Notes under the pieces: model-generated
The model's input: only the letters and a program-made list of their open reading frames with translations
The model's database searches: none
What the model was told of the DNA's origin: nothing
Translations under genes and position numbers: made by a program
Origin: Candidatus Nomurabacteria bacterium
GTDB lineage: Bacteria; Patescibacteriota; Dojkabacteria; SC72; JAHDCA01
Reading direction: 5' to 3'
Assembly: GCA_020632375.1 (NCBI GenBank)
Contig: JACKFR010000004.1
Location: 1,921-65,920 of the forward strand
Length of the DNA stretch: 64,000 nt
In this document: piece after piece, positions 38,201 to 47,794 of the stretch
How the letters are laid out: every line of letters starts with the position of its first letter
Position numbering within the stretch: the stretch's first letter is position 1

Positions 38201-39105
38201 TACCGAGAGTTGAAGAGCTCTTAGAAGCTAGAACGCCAAAAGCGGAAGCTGAGATTTCATCAATCGATGGGAAAGTATCATTGCTAAAGGCTGAAGACGA
38301 GTCTGCAACTATAGTCATTGTCGGGTCAAAGGATGTCACAAAGAATTATGTAATTTCCGATGCTAAAAAGGTAAGTCTAAAGGACGGTGACAAAGTAAAG
38401 GCGGGAACTGTAATGTACATAGATGCAAATGAAGCTGAAAAACAGGCTCCATTTGACGGAAATATTGAAATCGATCATGGGATTCTTACAGTCAGCGGAA
38501 CAATTAAAGCAGAAGAGACCGTAAATGTATTACCTGGATTCGAGATTTTTGTAAATGATGGGCAAGAGATTGAAGCGGGAACCCAGTTAACCGAAGGTTC
38601 TGTCGATCCGAAGAGACTTGCTGAAGTTGCGGGGATACAAAAAGCACAAGAGTATATCATCCGAGGCGTGCAGGCTGTTTTCGCAGAGCAGGGAGTACCT
38701 ATTGATGATGTACATGTCGAGGTAATTGTCAGACAGACTGCAAGAATGGCGCTTGTGATGGAATCAGGTGATAGTAATTATTTAGTCGGATCTTTAGTAA
38801 ACAGATTTCTCGCAAATGTTAAGAATCAGATCCTCCGAGAGGAAAATAGAAATATTGCCTTAGTAACTCCGAAGCTTCTAGGTATAAAAATGGCAGCTCT
38901 GAAAACAGAGAGTTTCTTGTCTGCAATGTCCTTCCAGGAGCAAGTAAGAGTACTTACAGAATCATCAATTATGGGTAAAGTTGACTACCTGAGAGGGATG
39001 AAAGAGAACGTCCTTATTGGTAGAAGAATTCCTGCTGATGATGCAGCCGAGATTGAAGATATAGAAGATTTGAGAGAGGTAAGTTCAATGGAAGATTCGC
39101 TCTAG
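35173..39105 (+). CDS. rpoC: DNA-directed RNA polymerase subunit beta-prime, with a lineage-specific coiled-coil insertion
   Basis: Zinc motif [23 protein letters not shown], the catalytic [12 protein letters not shown], and the trigger-loop and bridge-helix regions. Overlaps the rpoB end by 38 nt (alternative start at 35179). Confidence 0.98.
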   Translation: [1310 protein letters not shown]

Positions 39106-39155
39106 GAAGCTGAATAACTTTGAACATAAAGATATTTATAGTATAATCCGTTGCT

Positions 39156-39566
39156 ATGCCAACAATAAACCAATTAGTAAGAAAACCAAGAAAACAACCA
39201 AGTAAGAAGCTACGACACAAAGCTTTGGGTACAAACTTTAACCCTTTGAAAAATAGGTATAAGAGAGCGAAGAATCCTTTTAAAAGAGGGGTTTGCCTCC
39301 AAGTAATGACTATGACACCTAGAAAGCCTAATTCTGCATTACGAAAAGTTGCAAGAGTGCGTCTTTCTAACGGAATGGAGGTGACAGCTTATATTCCAGG
39401 TGAGGGACATAACTTGCAAGAGCATTCGGTTGTATTGCTTAAAGCTGGTAAAAAACGAGATTTAGCTGGTGTCAGGTATATTGTTGTTAGAGGAAAGTTT
39501 GATACTGCTGGTGTTGAGAATAGAAGAAAAGCTCGATCTAAATATGGCCGTAAGAAAGTCGAATAA
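39156..39566 (+). CDS. rpsL: 30S ribosomal protein S12
   Basis: [12 protein letters not shown]…, [16 protein letters not shown]. Confidence 0.98.
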   Translation: MPTINQLVRKPRKQPSKKLRHKALGTNFNPLKNRYKRAKNPFKRGVCLQVMTMTPRKPNSALRKVARVRLSNGMEVTAYIPGEGHNLQEHSVVLLKAGKKRDLAGVRYIVVRGKFDTAGVENRRKARSKYGRKKVE

Positions 39567-39586
39567 CTTAAAATTGTGTTTATTAG

Positions 39587-40054
39587 ATGAGAGGCAAGCG
39601 TGCTAAAAAGAAAAATGTATTGAAAGACCATAAATATGAAAGCGAGCTGGTAACGAGATTTATCAGCAAGGTAATGCTTCACGGCCAGAAAAAGAAAGCC
39701 GAAGGAATCTTTTATACTGTTCTTGAAACTGCATCAAAAGAAGTCGGATTAGAAGCTATGGATTTCCTTAATCAAGTAGTCGATAATCTTCGTCCTTCAC
39801 TTGAAGTCAAAGCGAGACGAGTCGGTGGTGCAAACTATCATATACCTCTTCCGGTTACCCCGCACAGGCAAGAAACTCTTGCTATCAGATGGCTGATTGA
39901 TTCTGCGAGAAAGAAATCAGGCTCTTCATTCACAGATATTCTTAAGAAAGAAATGCTGGAAACATACAACGGTTCTGGTGATGCGATGAAGAAAAAAGAA
40001 GAGACTGAGAGGATGGCAGAAGCGAACAAGGCATTCGCACATTTCAGATGGTAA
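39587..40054 (+). CDS. rpsG: 30S ribosomal protein S7
   Basis: LVTRFISKVMLHGQKKKAE…VEVKARRVGGANYHIPLPV…. Confidence 0.98.
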   Translation: MRGKRAKKKNVLKDHKYESELVTRFISKVMLHGQKKKAEGIFYTVLETASKEVGLEAMDFLNQVVDNLRPSLEVKARRVGGANYHIPLPVTPHRQETLAIRWLIDSARKKSGSSFTDILKKEMLETYNGSGDAMKKKEETERMAEANKAFAHFRW

Positions 40055-40984
40055 TTATTTTGTAGTCACTATGCGTTCCCAGGTTTTTTTCTGGGGGTCT
40101 TTACTCTTTCGCTGCGGAATAAGAACATATAACCATGTTAGAAGTCTAAGAGGGTAGAGCAGTATTGACCAAATGTATTCTTTTGGCATTTCGGCATATT
40201 TAATTGGAGCCAAAAAGTATTCTAGCTCACTTAAAAAAGATCTGTGGTCTTTCTGACCTTCAGCTATAGCCGAGTGTTGGATCTCTCTGTGACCTCTTAA
40301 ATTTCGCTTGCGTTGAATTAAATAATCTTTAAGTGTTCTCGGAAACTTAACGATTGCCCTAGCCTCAGGTACATATGCAAGCTTATAACCCTTTTTAGCA
40401 ATTGCAAGAGTCATAAAAGCATCATCAATAAAGTTTTCTGCATACTCTACGTCTAAGTTTCTATTTGCTCTTATGTAGCCGCTTAGCAGGAATTGGTCTG
40501 ATTCTCCTTTGAAGTATCCATTTTCTTTTTTTGAAAATACAGCCCGCCTTTTAAGGTCGGCAACATAGGTAAAAAAATTCGCAGAATATCCCATAAATGT
40601 GCTTTTGGAATTATTTGGTATTGGTTGTCCAGTGACTGCACCAATCTCAGGGTCGGAAAAAGGCTTGATTAAAAGTCCTGCTGCATTTTTATCGAAATAA
40701 ACATCACCATCAGTTAAAATAATGATTTCTCCTCTTACTTGTTTCAATGCAAGGTTAAGCGCAGTAGACTTACCTTCTCGTGCATCTTTGATCTGAATAA
40801 AACGTTTCCCAAGTCTAAGTCTCTGTGCTTCTCTTTTACCTGCGGTGAGTGTTTTTTGATCGGGACTTACTTGAATAATTTCTGGGGCTGATGGAAGACC
40901 TGAATATCTTAAATCAGCAATTGATCTGATAGTACGGCCAATGGTTTTGGGTTCCTTGTATGAAGTGATTACTACAGAAACCAT
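40055..40984 (-). CDS. Family-2 glycosyltransferase (soluble/peripheral catalytic domain with a C-terminal hydrophobic helix)
   Basis: VSVVITSYKEPKTI, the DxD motif ILTDGDVYFD, and the C-terminal hydrophobic segment WSILLYPLRLLTWLYVLI. Confidence 0.8.
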   Translation of the reverse strand: MVSVVITSYKEPKTIGRTIRSIADLRYSGLPSAPEIIQVSPDQKTLTAGKREAQRLRLGKRFIQIKDAREGKSTALNLALKQVRGEIIILTDGDVYFDKNAAGLLIKPFSDPEIGAVTGQPIPNNSKSTFMGYSANFFTYVADLKRRAVFSKKENGYFKGESDQFLLSGYIRANRNLDVEYAENFIDDAFMTLAIAKKGYKLAYVPEARAIVKFPRTLKDYLIQRKRNLRGHREIQHSAIAEGQKDHRSFLSELEYFLAPIKYAEMPKEYIWSILLYPLRLLTWLYVLIPQRKSKDPQKKTWERIVTTK

Positions 40985-41008
40985 TAATAATGTATGAGGT
41001 AAATATTT

Positions 41009-41701
41009 TTACTTCTCTTCAGCTGCCACTTCAGTAGATGCGTTGTTATCTTCTCCGCCTTCTGCGCTTTCTGTTGCTTCACCGTCTTCTCCACCTTCGC
41101 CCTCAGTCTCTTCGTCTGAGGTTGTCTGTTCTTCTTCTTCAACGAGTTTTTGCAGCTGGCCGACAGTGGCCAAAGCAACATCAAGCTGGTCTTTGTGAAG
41201 CAACTCAATCCCTTCTGGCAGTGCAATCGACTCTAGAGTGATACTCTGGCCTGGTTGGGTAAGCTTTTCTACATTAATTTCGATATCCTCTACAAGACTG
41301 CTTACTTTTGCCCTGACAGTGATAGATTTTGTTGGCTGAATAAGTACTCCAAGGTTATTTTTAACTGCTGGAGACTCGCCTACAATCCTTACTGGAAGTT
41401 CAAATGTCATCAACTCGTTTGGATCAATTTCAAAAAATGCGATATGTCTAATTTGACCTGTAATCGGGTGATAGTCGACATCTTTAACAAGAACCTGCTT
41501 CTCATCTCCTTCAATACTAGCTTTTACAATAGAGGAGGTTTTAACATGATGGAGTAACCTCTCAATAGCACCTCGTTCGACTTTGAAATTTGCTGAGTGT
41601 GTCTTATTATCATAAATCACAGCTGGTACATAGCCTTCATTGAGAACCCTTTTAGCTTTGTTTCCAGTCTTTTCTCTTGCTTTTAATTCTATAGTTATCA
41701 T
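41009..41701 (-). CDS. rplY: 50S ribosomal protein L25 (Ctc form) with an extended acidic tail
   Basis: LKAREKTGNKAKRVLNEGYVPAVIY…, a two-domain Ctc-type length, and a C-terminal E/G/D-rich tail. Confidence 0.85.
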   Translation of the reverse strand: MITIELKAREKTGNKAKRVLNEGYVPAVIYDNKTHSANFKVERGAIERLLHHVKTSSIVKASIEGDEKQVLVKDVDYHPITGQIRHIAFFEIDPNELMTFELPVRIVGESPAVKNNLGVLIQPTKSITVRAKVSSLVEDIEINVEKLTQPGQSITLESIALPEGIELLHKDQLDVALATVGQLQKLVEEEEQTTSDEETEGEGGEDGEATESAEGGEDNNASTEVAAEEK

Positions 41702-41796
41702 AACGGTGAGATTCTATCAGATGGAGTAGCTTTTTTCAATGTTTTTCCTTATTAAAAGGAGATTTTCACTCTTTTCTTTTTGAGGAGGTGTGTTTC

Positions 41797-41851
41797 TTGA
41801 CACCAATATAAGCATGCTTTATCATTAGCAGATAAATAGTTGAAGTGCTAG
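41797..41851 (+). promoter_or_regulatory. hrcA promoter (TTGACA-N17-TATCAT) with an overlapping degenerate CIRCE operator
   Basis: TTGACA at 41797-41802 and TATCAT at 41820-41825. TTAGCAGAT-AAATAGTTG-AAGTGCTAG at 41825-41851 has the 9-9-9 CIRCE layout (consensus TTAGCACTC-N9-GAGTGCTAA). Confidence 0.6.
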
Positions 41852-41852
41852 A

Positions 41853-42578
41853 ATGGAACTGACTGAAAGACAGAAAAACATACTGCTCGCTATTATTGAG
41901 GAGTATATGGAAAGCGCAAAGGAAGTTGGCTCTGTACAGCTTCTCGATAGCAAAGACTTTAACGTGAGCTCAGCGACTATCCGAAATGAGATGGTTCATC
42001 TTATGGATATGGGTTATCTTGATAAGAGTCACGTCTCTTCTGGCCGAATGCCTACTGATATGGCGTTTCGGTTCTATGTAAATGAAGAAGCAGTAAAAGC
42101 GAGACCTGATTCGGTCAGGTTGGTAAAGATTAAGCAAGGAATTTTTCGTGAAAGGTTTTCGCCAGAGGGATTAATTCAGTCAATACTTCACATATTAGTA
42201 GAAAATTCTAATGCAGCAGCTTTTGTACTAATGGATGATATGTCCCGTCACTATGGTGTCTCTTCACTTATGAATTATGAAGAGCTTCACAATCTTAAAT
42301 CGCTTCAGAGAATTCTAGATCTCTTAGAAGATGAAGACCTGCTTAAAAGTGTTTTTTCTAAATTTGATAGAGATGAAGTGACTGTTTTAATTGGTTCTGA
42401 GTTGGGAATTCGAGATTTAGATGATTGCACTATGCTTTTTACAAAGCTGCGAATGCTTGACGGTAGAGCAGGTCATATGGGGATTGTTGGGTCACGAAGA
42501 ATTAATTACCGGGTTGCGATCCCAGTTCTTTCGGCAGTAAGAGACTCTGTTCAAGATGCTCTCAAAGCTTGGAATTAA
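41853..42578 (+). CDS. hrcA: Heat-inducible transcription repressor HrcA (short, 241 aa)
   Basis: LTERQKNILLAIIEEYMESAKEVGS…VSSATIRNEMVHLMDMGYLDKSHVSSGRMPTDMAFRFYV. First gene of the hrcA-grpE-dnaK operon. Confidence 0.85.
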   Translation: MELTERQKNILLAIIEEYMESAKEVGSVQLLDSKDFNVSSATIRNEMVHLMDMGYLDKSHVSSGRMPTDMAFRFYVNEEAVKARPDSVRLVKIKQGIFRERFSPEGLIQSILHILVENSNAAAFVLMDDMSRHYGVSSLMNYEELHNLKSLQRILDLLEDEDLLKSVFSKFDRDEVTVLIGSELGIRDLDDCTMLFTKLRMLDGRAGHMGIVGSRRINYRVAIPVLSAVRDSVQDALKAWN

Positions 42579-42592
42579 ACTTTTTTGAATGA

Positions 42593-43153
42593 ATGATGAA
42601 TAGTTCCGCTAAGCACGGTCATAAAAAAAATAGCTCTGAAGAAAATAGAAATGTCGAAGAGCTTTTAAAAAAGATTCAAGAGCTTACAAACATGGTTGAT
42701 TCAATTGAAGAGGCAAAGATTGGCCTGCAAAATCAGTTACAGAAAGCTTTAGCAGATTATCGAAATCTTGAAAAAAATATGGAAGATCGTGTGGGCTTGA
42801 GCGTTATGCGTGAGAAGCGATCTTTATTAAGCGGCTTTATAGAGTTAATGGATGATATTAAATTTGCGTTAAAAGCTGGGGAAAAACTGGGTCTTAAAGG
42901 CGAGGGTAAAGCTTGGCTTGATGGTGTTGTAGACACGCTTTCAAAGATGGAACATGTCTTATCTTCGGTTGGAGTTCAGATTATTGAAGTAAAAGCTGGA
43001 GACCAGTTTGACTCAAAAATTCATGAAGCAATTGCTGTAATTTCTGTAAAGACAGCTGACAATACTATTGTCGAAGTCTCTCAGCCAGGTTATATGATGG
43101 ACAATGTTGTTATTAGGCCTGCAAGGGTCGTGATTAATAAGTCAAATAAATAA
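42593..43153 (+). CDS. grpE: Nucleotide exchange factor GrpE
   Basis: Coiled-coil N-terminus, C-terminal [14 protein letters not shown]…V.QPGY, and the position between hrcA and dnaK. Confidence 0.85.
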   Translation: MMNSSAKHGHKKNSSEENRNVEELLKKIQELTNMVDSIEEAKIGLQNQLQKALADYRNLEKNMEDRVGLSVMREKRSLLSGFIELMDDIKFALKAGEKLGLKGEGKAWLDGVVDTLSKMEHVLSSVGVQIIEVKAGDQFDSKIHEAIAVISVKTADNTIVEVSQPGYMMDNVVIRPARVVINKSNK

Positions 43154-43172
43154 ATTATTAACTACTATTTAT

Positions 43173-45128
43173 ATGTCTAAAGTAATCGGTATTGATCTGG
43201 GTACTACCAACTCGGTCGCTGCATACCTTTCCGGAGGTAAGCCTACAGTTATTTCGAATTCTCAAGGTGAAAGACTGACTCCTTCTGTTGTTGCAATTGA
43301 CGATAAGGGGCAAGAGCTTTGCGGTCGCCCCGCAAAGAATCAGGCAGTTATTAACCCTACTGGAACAATCTACTCTGTAAAAAGGTTGATCGGTCGGAAT
43401 TGGGACGACAAATCAGTGCAGCAGGACAAAGAGCTTCTTCCTTTTGATATGAGAAAGTCTAAATCAGGAGGAGTTGAAGTTCAAATGGGGGATTCTTGGT
43501 TTTCTCCTCAAGAGATCTCGGCAAAAGTTCTCGCAAAAATTAAAAAAGATGCTGAAGATTTCTTGGGTGAAGAAGTAAAAGAGGCTGTCATAACTGTGCC
43601 AGCATATTTTGATGACTCGCAAAGAAAAGCGACAAAGGACGCTGGTAAGATTGCTGGTCTTGAAGTAAAAAGAGTTGTTAATGAGCCTACTGCGGCAGCA
43701 CTTGCATATGGTTTGGATAGTAAGAAAGAAGAAACAATCGCTGTCTACGACCTTGGTGGTGGTACTTTTGATATCTCTATTCTTGAAATAGGTGATGGAG
43801 TTTTTGAAGTTCTTTCTACTAATGGTGATACCCATCTCGGAGGCGACAGCTTTGACCAAGTGATAATTAATCACTTAGCCGATGGGTTTAAATCTGAGTA
43901 TGGTATAGATCTGAAAGAAGATAAAACTGCTCTGCAAAGATTGAAAGAAGCTGCTGAAAAAGCAAAGATTGAGCTCTCAACTTCTGAGAAAACTGAAATT
44001 AACATTCCATACATAACTGCAGACGCTAAAGGACCTAAGCATCTTAAGATTGAAATGACCAGAGCCGAATTAGAGAAACTAGTTTCTGACTTAATAGACG
44101 CTACTATTCCGCCGTGTGAAAAGGCTCTGAAAGACGCGAAGCTGTCTAAATCGGATATAAATGAGATTCTTCTTGTCGGTGGGATGACAAGAATGCCTGC
44201 CGTTCAGAAAAAAGTTCAAGAGTTTTTTGGTAAGGAGCCTAATAAGGGTGTAAACCCAGACGAGGTTGTTGCTATTGGTGCCGCTATTCAGGGTGGTGTA
44301 ATCGCTGGAGATGTCCACGACATAACACTTCTCGATGTTACTCCGCTTTCGCTTGGGCTTGAAACTCTTGGCGGTGTAATGACGAAAATCATTGAAAGAA
44401 ATACAACAATTCCTGCTGAAAAGAAGCAGATCTTTTCTACTGCTGCTGATAACCAGAGCACTGTTGAGATCCATATCCTTCAAGGTGAGAGAGAAATGGC
44501 ATCTGACAACAAAACGCTTGGTAAGTTTATTCTGGATGGAATCCCTCCTGCACCTAGAGGGGTGCCACAGATCGAAGTGACTTTTTCTATTGACGCAAAT
44601 GGAATCTTGAATGTAAAAGCAGTAGATAGGGCAACAAACAAAGAACAGAAGATCACGATAACAGCTTCTACTGGTTTGAGTGACGATGAAATAGAGAAAA
44701 TGGTTGAAGATGCTGCAAAGCACGCTAAAGAAGACAAAGAGAAGCGAGAAGAGATTGAGGTTAAGAATGAAGCCGAGTCGCTTATCTTTAGTACTGAAAA
44801 GCTTCTTGAGGATGCGGGGGATAAAATCAGCAAGAAAGAGAAAGAAGAGGCAGAAGAAAAAATTGCAGCTCTTAAGAAAATTCTTGAAACAGAGAACCCC
44901 AAAAAGGAAGATATCAAAAAGGGAATCGAAGAGCTAACAGAGTCTGTACAAGAAGTGAGTAAAAAGATGTATGAAGCTGCTGCAAAAGAGGTTGAGAAAG
45001 AAGAAAAAGATAAAGCAGAATCAGCTGATGCTGATAAAAAGAAGTCTTCTGATGATTCTGACAATAAAGGCAACAATGACGAAAAAGATGATAATGGCGA
45101 TGTGAAAGAAGGTGACGTTGTTGAATAG
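43173..45128 (+). CDS. dnaK: Molecular chaperone DnaK (Hsp70) with a K/E/D-rich C-terminal extension
   Basis: [33 protein letters not shown]. Confidence 0.98.
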   Translation: MSKVIGIDLGTTNSVAAYLSGGKPTVISNSQGERLTPSVVAIDDKGQELCGRPAKNQAVINPTGTIYSVKRLIGRNWDDKSVQQDKELLPFDMRKSKSGGVEVQMGDSWFSPQEISAKVLAKIKKDAEDFLGEEVKEAVITVPAYFDDSQRKATKDAGKIAGLEVKRVVNEPTAAALAYGLDSKKEETIAVYDLGGGTFDISILEIGDGVFEVLSTNGDTHLGGDSFDQVIINHLADGFKSEYGIDLKEDKTALQRLKEAAEKAKIELSTSEKTEINIPYITADAKGPKHLKIEMTRAELEKLVSDLIDATIPPCEKALKDAKLSKSDINEILLVGGMTRMPAVQKKVQEFFGKEPNKGVNPDEVVAIGAAIQGGVIAGDVHDITLLDVTPLSLGLETLGGVMTKIIERNTTIPAEKKQIFSTAADNQSTVEIHILQGEREMASDNKTLGKFILDGIPPAPRGVPQIEVTFSIDANGILNVKAVDRATNKEQKITITASTGLSDDEIEKMVEDAAKHAKEDKEKREEIEVKNEAESLIFSTEKLLEDAGDKISKKEKEEAEEKIAALKKILETENPKKEDIKKGIEELTESVQEVSKKMYEAAAKEVEKEEKDKAESADADKKKSSDDSDNKGNNDEKDDNGDVKEGDVVE

Positions 45129-45132
45129 GCGG

Positions 45133-45849
45133 TTAAGGGTCGGTCAAGCTGTATCTTGGCCGGCCTCTAAATAAGCAGATTGCTTCTCGCTCTATGTTTC
45201 CAATGCGAGATTTAATAAGGTATGAGATTTCATCTAATGTTGAACCCGTTGTTATAACATCATCGACTATAATAACTTTTCTGTATTTTTTAAGTTCATA
45301 AGCTGAGCCTTTACTTAGTTTGAAGGCATTTCTCATGTTATGCACTCTTTGTTCTTTATTTAAGGAGTGCTGTTTCTGAGTGTGTTTAGATCGTATAAGT
45401 AAATTATCAGAAAAGTTGCATTCAGTTAGAGTTGAGATTGCTCGACCAATAAGAGCTGCTTGGTTAAATCCTCTTTCGTTGTATCGTGTTTTATGTACAG
45501 GGACGGGTATGACGATAGCTTTACTGATCGTGGGGTTATTGTAGAGATTTCTTTCTGCCAAAAGCTCTGATATCTCTTGTGCAACTTTATATCCGCTTTT
45601 GTATTTAAGTGCAGCAAGAATCTTCTTAGCAATATGGTCATACCTCCATCCGATAAGAACCCGGTTTAATGATCCGCTCATGAGGCATTTCTGATGTGTG
45701 CAGAAGTTTTTACTTAATCTCCTGCATTGGTAACATTCAGGTAAATGAGGTTGTAGTCGGTTTCTACACCCAGTGCATAAAAATTGACCCTTTGATTTAC
45801 AATTTAAACAAAATCTAGGGAATAATAATTTCTCTAGATGATTAAGCAT
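45133..45849 (-). CDS. comF: ComF-family phosphoribosyltransferase-like protein
   Basis: N-terminal zinc-finger cysteines ([15 protein letters not shown]…CYQC) and the PRPP-binding motif [14 protein letters not shown]. The start was set at the ATG at 45849 (MLNHLEK). The longer ORF to 46266 overlaps murJ and looks spurious. Confidence 0.8.
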   Translation of the reverse strand: MLNHLEKLLFPRFCLNCKSKGQFLCTGCRNRLQPHLPECYQCRRLSKNFCTHQKCLMSGSLNRVLIGWRYDHIAKKILAALKYKSGYKVAQEISELLAERNLYNNPTISKAIVIPVPVHKTRYNERGFNQAALIGRAISTLTECNFSDNLLIRSKHTQKQHSLNKEQRVHNMRNAFKLSKGSAYELKKYRKVIIVDDVITTGSTLDEISYLIKSRIGNIEREAICLFRGRPRYSLTDP

Positions 45850-45958
45850 AAGAAAATCATATACGTACTTTTTGAACTTTTTGTTAAATATATTTGATGT
45901 TTGGTTAAGAATTAGTTGTTGCTTATTTAATCTTGTTCGTTTATTATGATGACCAATA

Positions 45959-47776
45959 TTGAGACTCTTACATATGTCTTTTCTAAAGCGAGTTTTTATA
46001 ATTCGAGATTCGGTTTCAGTTGTTGCACTACTCCTCTTTCTTACTAAGATTTTGGGGTTTATAAAGTTTAGGATGATTGCTTCACTTTTTGGTGCATCTG
46101 GAGAACTGGATATCTTTTGGGCGGCATTTATTGTCCCGGATACTTTATTTAATATCCTTGTTGCAGGAAGTTTAAATGCTTCTATTATCCCTGTATTCAG
46201 CGATATTCTTACAAAAGACGGCGAAAAGAAATTACTGAAACTGTTTATTGGGACATCTTTTATCACTGTTCTGATATCCGCAGCACTGATTCTAGTTTTG
46301 TTTATTACTGCTGACGATGTGAGCCGATTCTTGGTTTCTTCGGGTTATATCGGCACATTTCTTTCGCTCAAAGAGATATCTAATTCTGATATTGAACTTC
46401 TATCTTCTTTAATGAAGATTATGCTTCTATCCCCGCTGTTATTAGGGATTAGTTCTGTGATTACAGGCTTTTTACAAGTTCATAGGAAGTTTTTTATTAC
46501 TACTGTTTCGCCTCTTGTCTACAATGTTGGAATTATCTTTGGAGCAAAGATTCTAGTGGAAAATTTTGGACTCGGTGTAAAAGGTCTTGCTTGGGCTGTT
46601 ATAATTGGCTCTGTCTTACATTTTCTTATTCAGCTTCCACTTGTTTTAAGATTTATTACTGAGAGCCTTGATATCCACTCTTTGAAAAGAATCGGTGGTA
46701 GCATTAAGTACTACACTCGGGCAATCTTTAGAATTTTTACATTAGCAGTCCCAAGAGCAGTCTCGTATCTTGGAGAGCAGTTTAATGTTGGTGTTAACAC
46801 GATTATTAGTCTTAGTCTTACTGAAGGGGCTCTAAGTGCGTATAAGTTCGCCATTAGCTTGCATCTTTTCCCTGTCCATGTTTTCGGGGGTGCGGTTGCA
46901 CAAGTTTCATTGCCAGATTTTTCTGAGTTGTATTCAAAGGGTAAGCTTGTAGAACTCAGAGCTTCATTTAATAAAGCTCTGAGAAGGACTCTTTTTATAA
47001 TTTTTCCTTCGGTTGCGATCATTGTTGTTTTAAGATTGCCTCTCGTTAGGCTTGCTTACGGGGTGGGACAATTTGATTGGTGGGATACAGTTGTAACTTC
47101 GTGGGCACTTGCGCTTTTAGGACCTGCGATAATTGGACAGGCCGTGGTTGCTCTTGCTTTAAGGGTCTTGTATTCGGCTGAAGAGACAAAATGGCCTCTG
47201 ATTGCTACCTTTGTTACTGCGGTTGTAAATATCATGGGGAGCTACTACTTTACAAACTTTTTCAGTCATTATTTAGACTGGCGTCCAATTATTTCTCAGA
47301 TAGGCCTCCAGCTGGGTCATGCTTTTTCCGGAGGGGAAGCTGCGACGGTCATTGCTACAAGCAAAAGCCTTTCTGCAGATTTGGGGAAGTGGTTCACAAC
47401 GAGAAATGTTTATGATGCAGCGGTCGGAGGGTTGTCATTGAGTCTAAGTCTTGCCTTTATGGTTGAAATGGTGATTAATATGTGGTTTGTTCATTTGAAA
47501 GTAAGGGCGGTCTCATGGAAGGAAACTGTTAAGCCAAATCTAGTTATGGCAATTGCTGCCACCATAATGGGTATTGTGATGTACTTCCTTTTTAGGTTAA
47601 CAGATTTCTCTCTTGATACAACAAGAACGATTCAAGTCGCTATACTCTTTGTTGTGACTTCTTTCGCCGGAATCGTAACTTATCTGCTGCTTTGTTATGC
47701 GTTCGGAGTGAAAGAGATTGAGATTCTTTATTCAAGGGGTCGAGCTCTCGTATATTCAGTGCTCAGGCGGTCTTAG
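45959..47776 (+). CDS. murJ: Lipid II flippase MurJ/MviN
   Basis: ILGFIKFRMIASLFGASGELDIFWAAFIVPDTLFNILVAGSLNASIIPVF and about 14 TM segments. An alternative start lies at 45974. Confidence 0.85.
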   Translation: MRLLHMSFLKRVFIIRDSVSVVALLLFLTKILGFIKFRMIASLFGASGELDIFWAAFIVPDTLFNILVAGSLNASIIPVFSDILTKDGEKKLLKLFIGTSFITVLISAALILVLFITADDVSRFLVSSGYIGTFLSLKEISNSDIELLSSLMKIMLLSPLLLGISSVITGFLQVHRKFFITTVSPLVYNVGIIFGAKILVENFGLGVKGLAWAVIIGSVLHFLIQLPLVLRFITESLDIHSLKRIGGSIKYYTRAIFRIFTLAVPRAVSYLGEQFNVGVNTIISLSLTEGALSAYKFAISLHLFPVHVFGGAVAQVSLPDFSELYSKGKLVELRASFNKALRRTLFIIFPSVAIIVVLRLPLVRLAYGVGQFDWWDTVVTSWALALLGPAIIGQAVVALALRVLYSAEETKWPLIATFVTAVVNIMGSYYFTNFFSHYLDWRPIISQIGLQLGHAFSGGEAATVIATSKSLSADLGKWFTTRNVYDAAVGGLSLSLSLAFMVEMVINMWFVHLKVRAVSWKETVKPNLVMAIAATIMGIVMYFLFRLTDFSLDTTRTIQVAILFVVTSFAGIVTYLLLCYAFGVKEIEILYSRGRALVYSVLRRS

Positions 47777-47794
47777 TAGTGTACAATTATAAAT

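Noticed and set aside
40984-41557. ORFs of 80 aa (-), 67 aa (+) and 100 aa (+) overlapping rplY.
   Set aside because: They fall within or against the well-supported L25/Ctc gene. They arise from its repetitive acidic-tail codons and from antisense reading.
44091-45076. Long antisense ORFs (210 aa and 198 aa) inside dnaK. Similar antisense ORFs lie inside groEL (51186-51788), rpoD (18441-18902), valS (13163-13531), metG (15749-16144), sufS (58055-58435) and glyA (56633-57133).
   Set aside because: They lie entirely within strongly supported conserved genes on the opposite strand. Their products are low-complexity (Ser/Leu/Phe-rich) and are typical shadow ORFs.
45850-46266. A 139-codon N-terminal extension of the comF ORF.
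   Set aside because: The extension overlaps the murJ coding region on the other strand and has no ComF-like sequence. The conserved zinc-finger N-terminus starts at the ATG at 45849.
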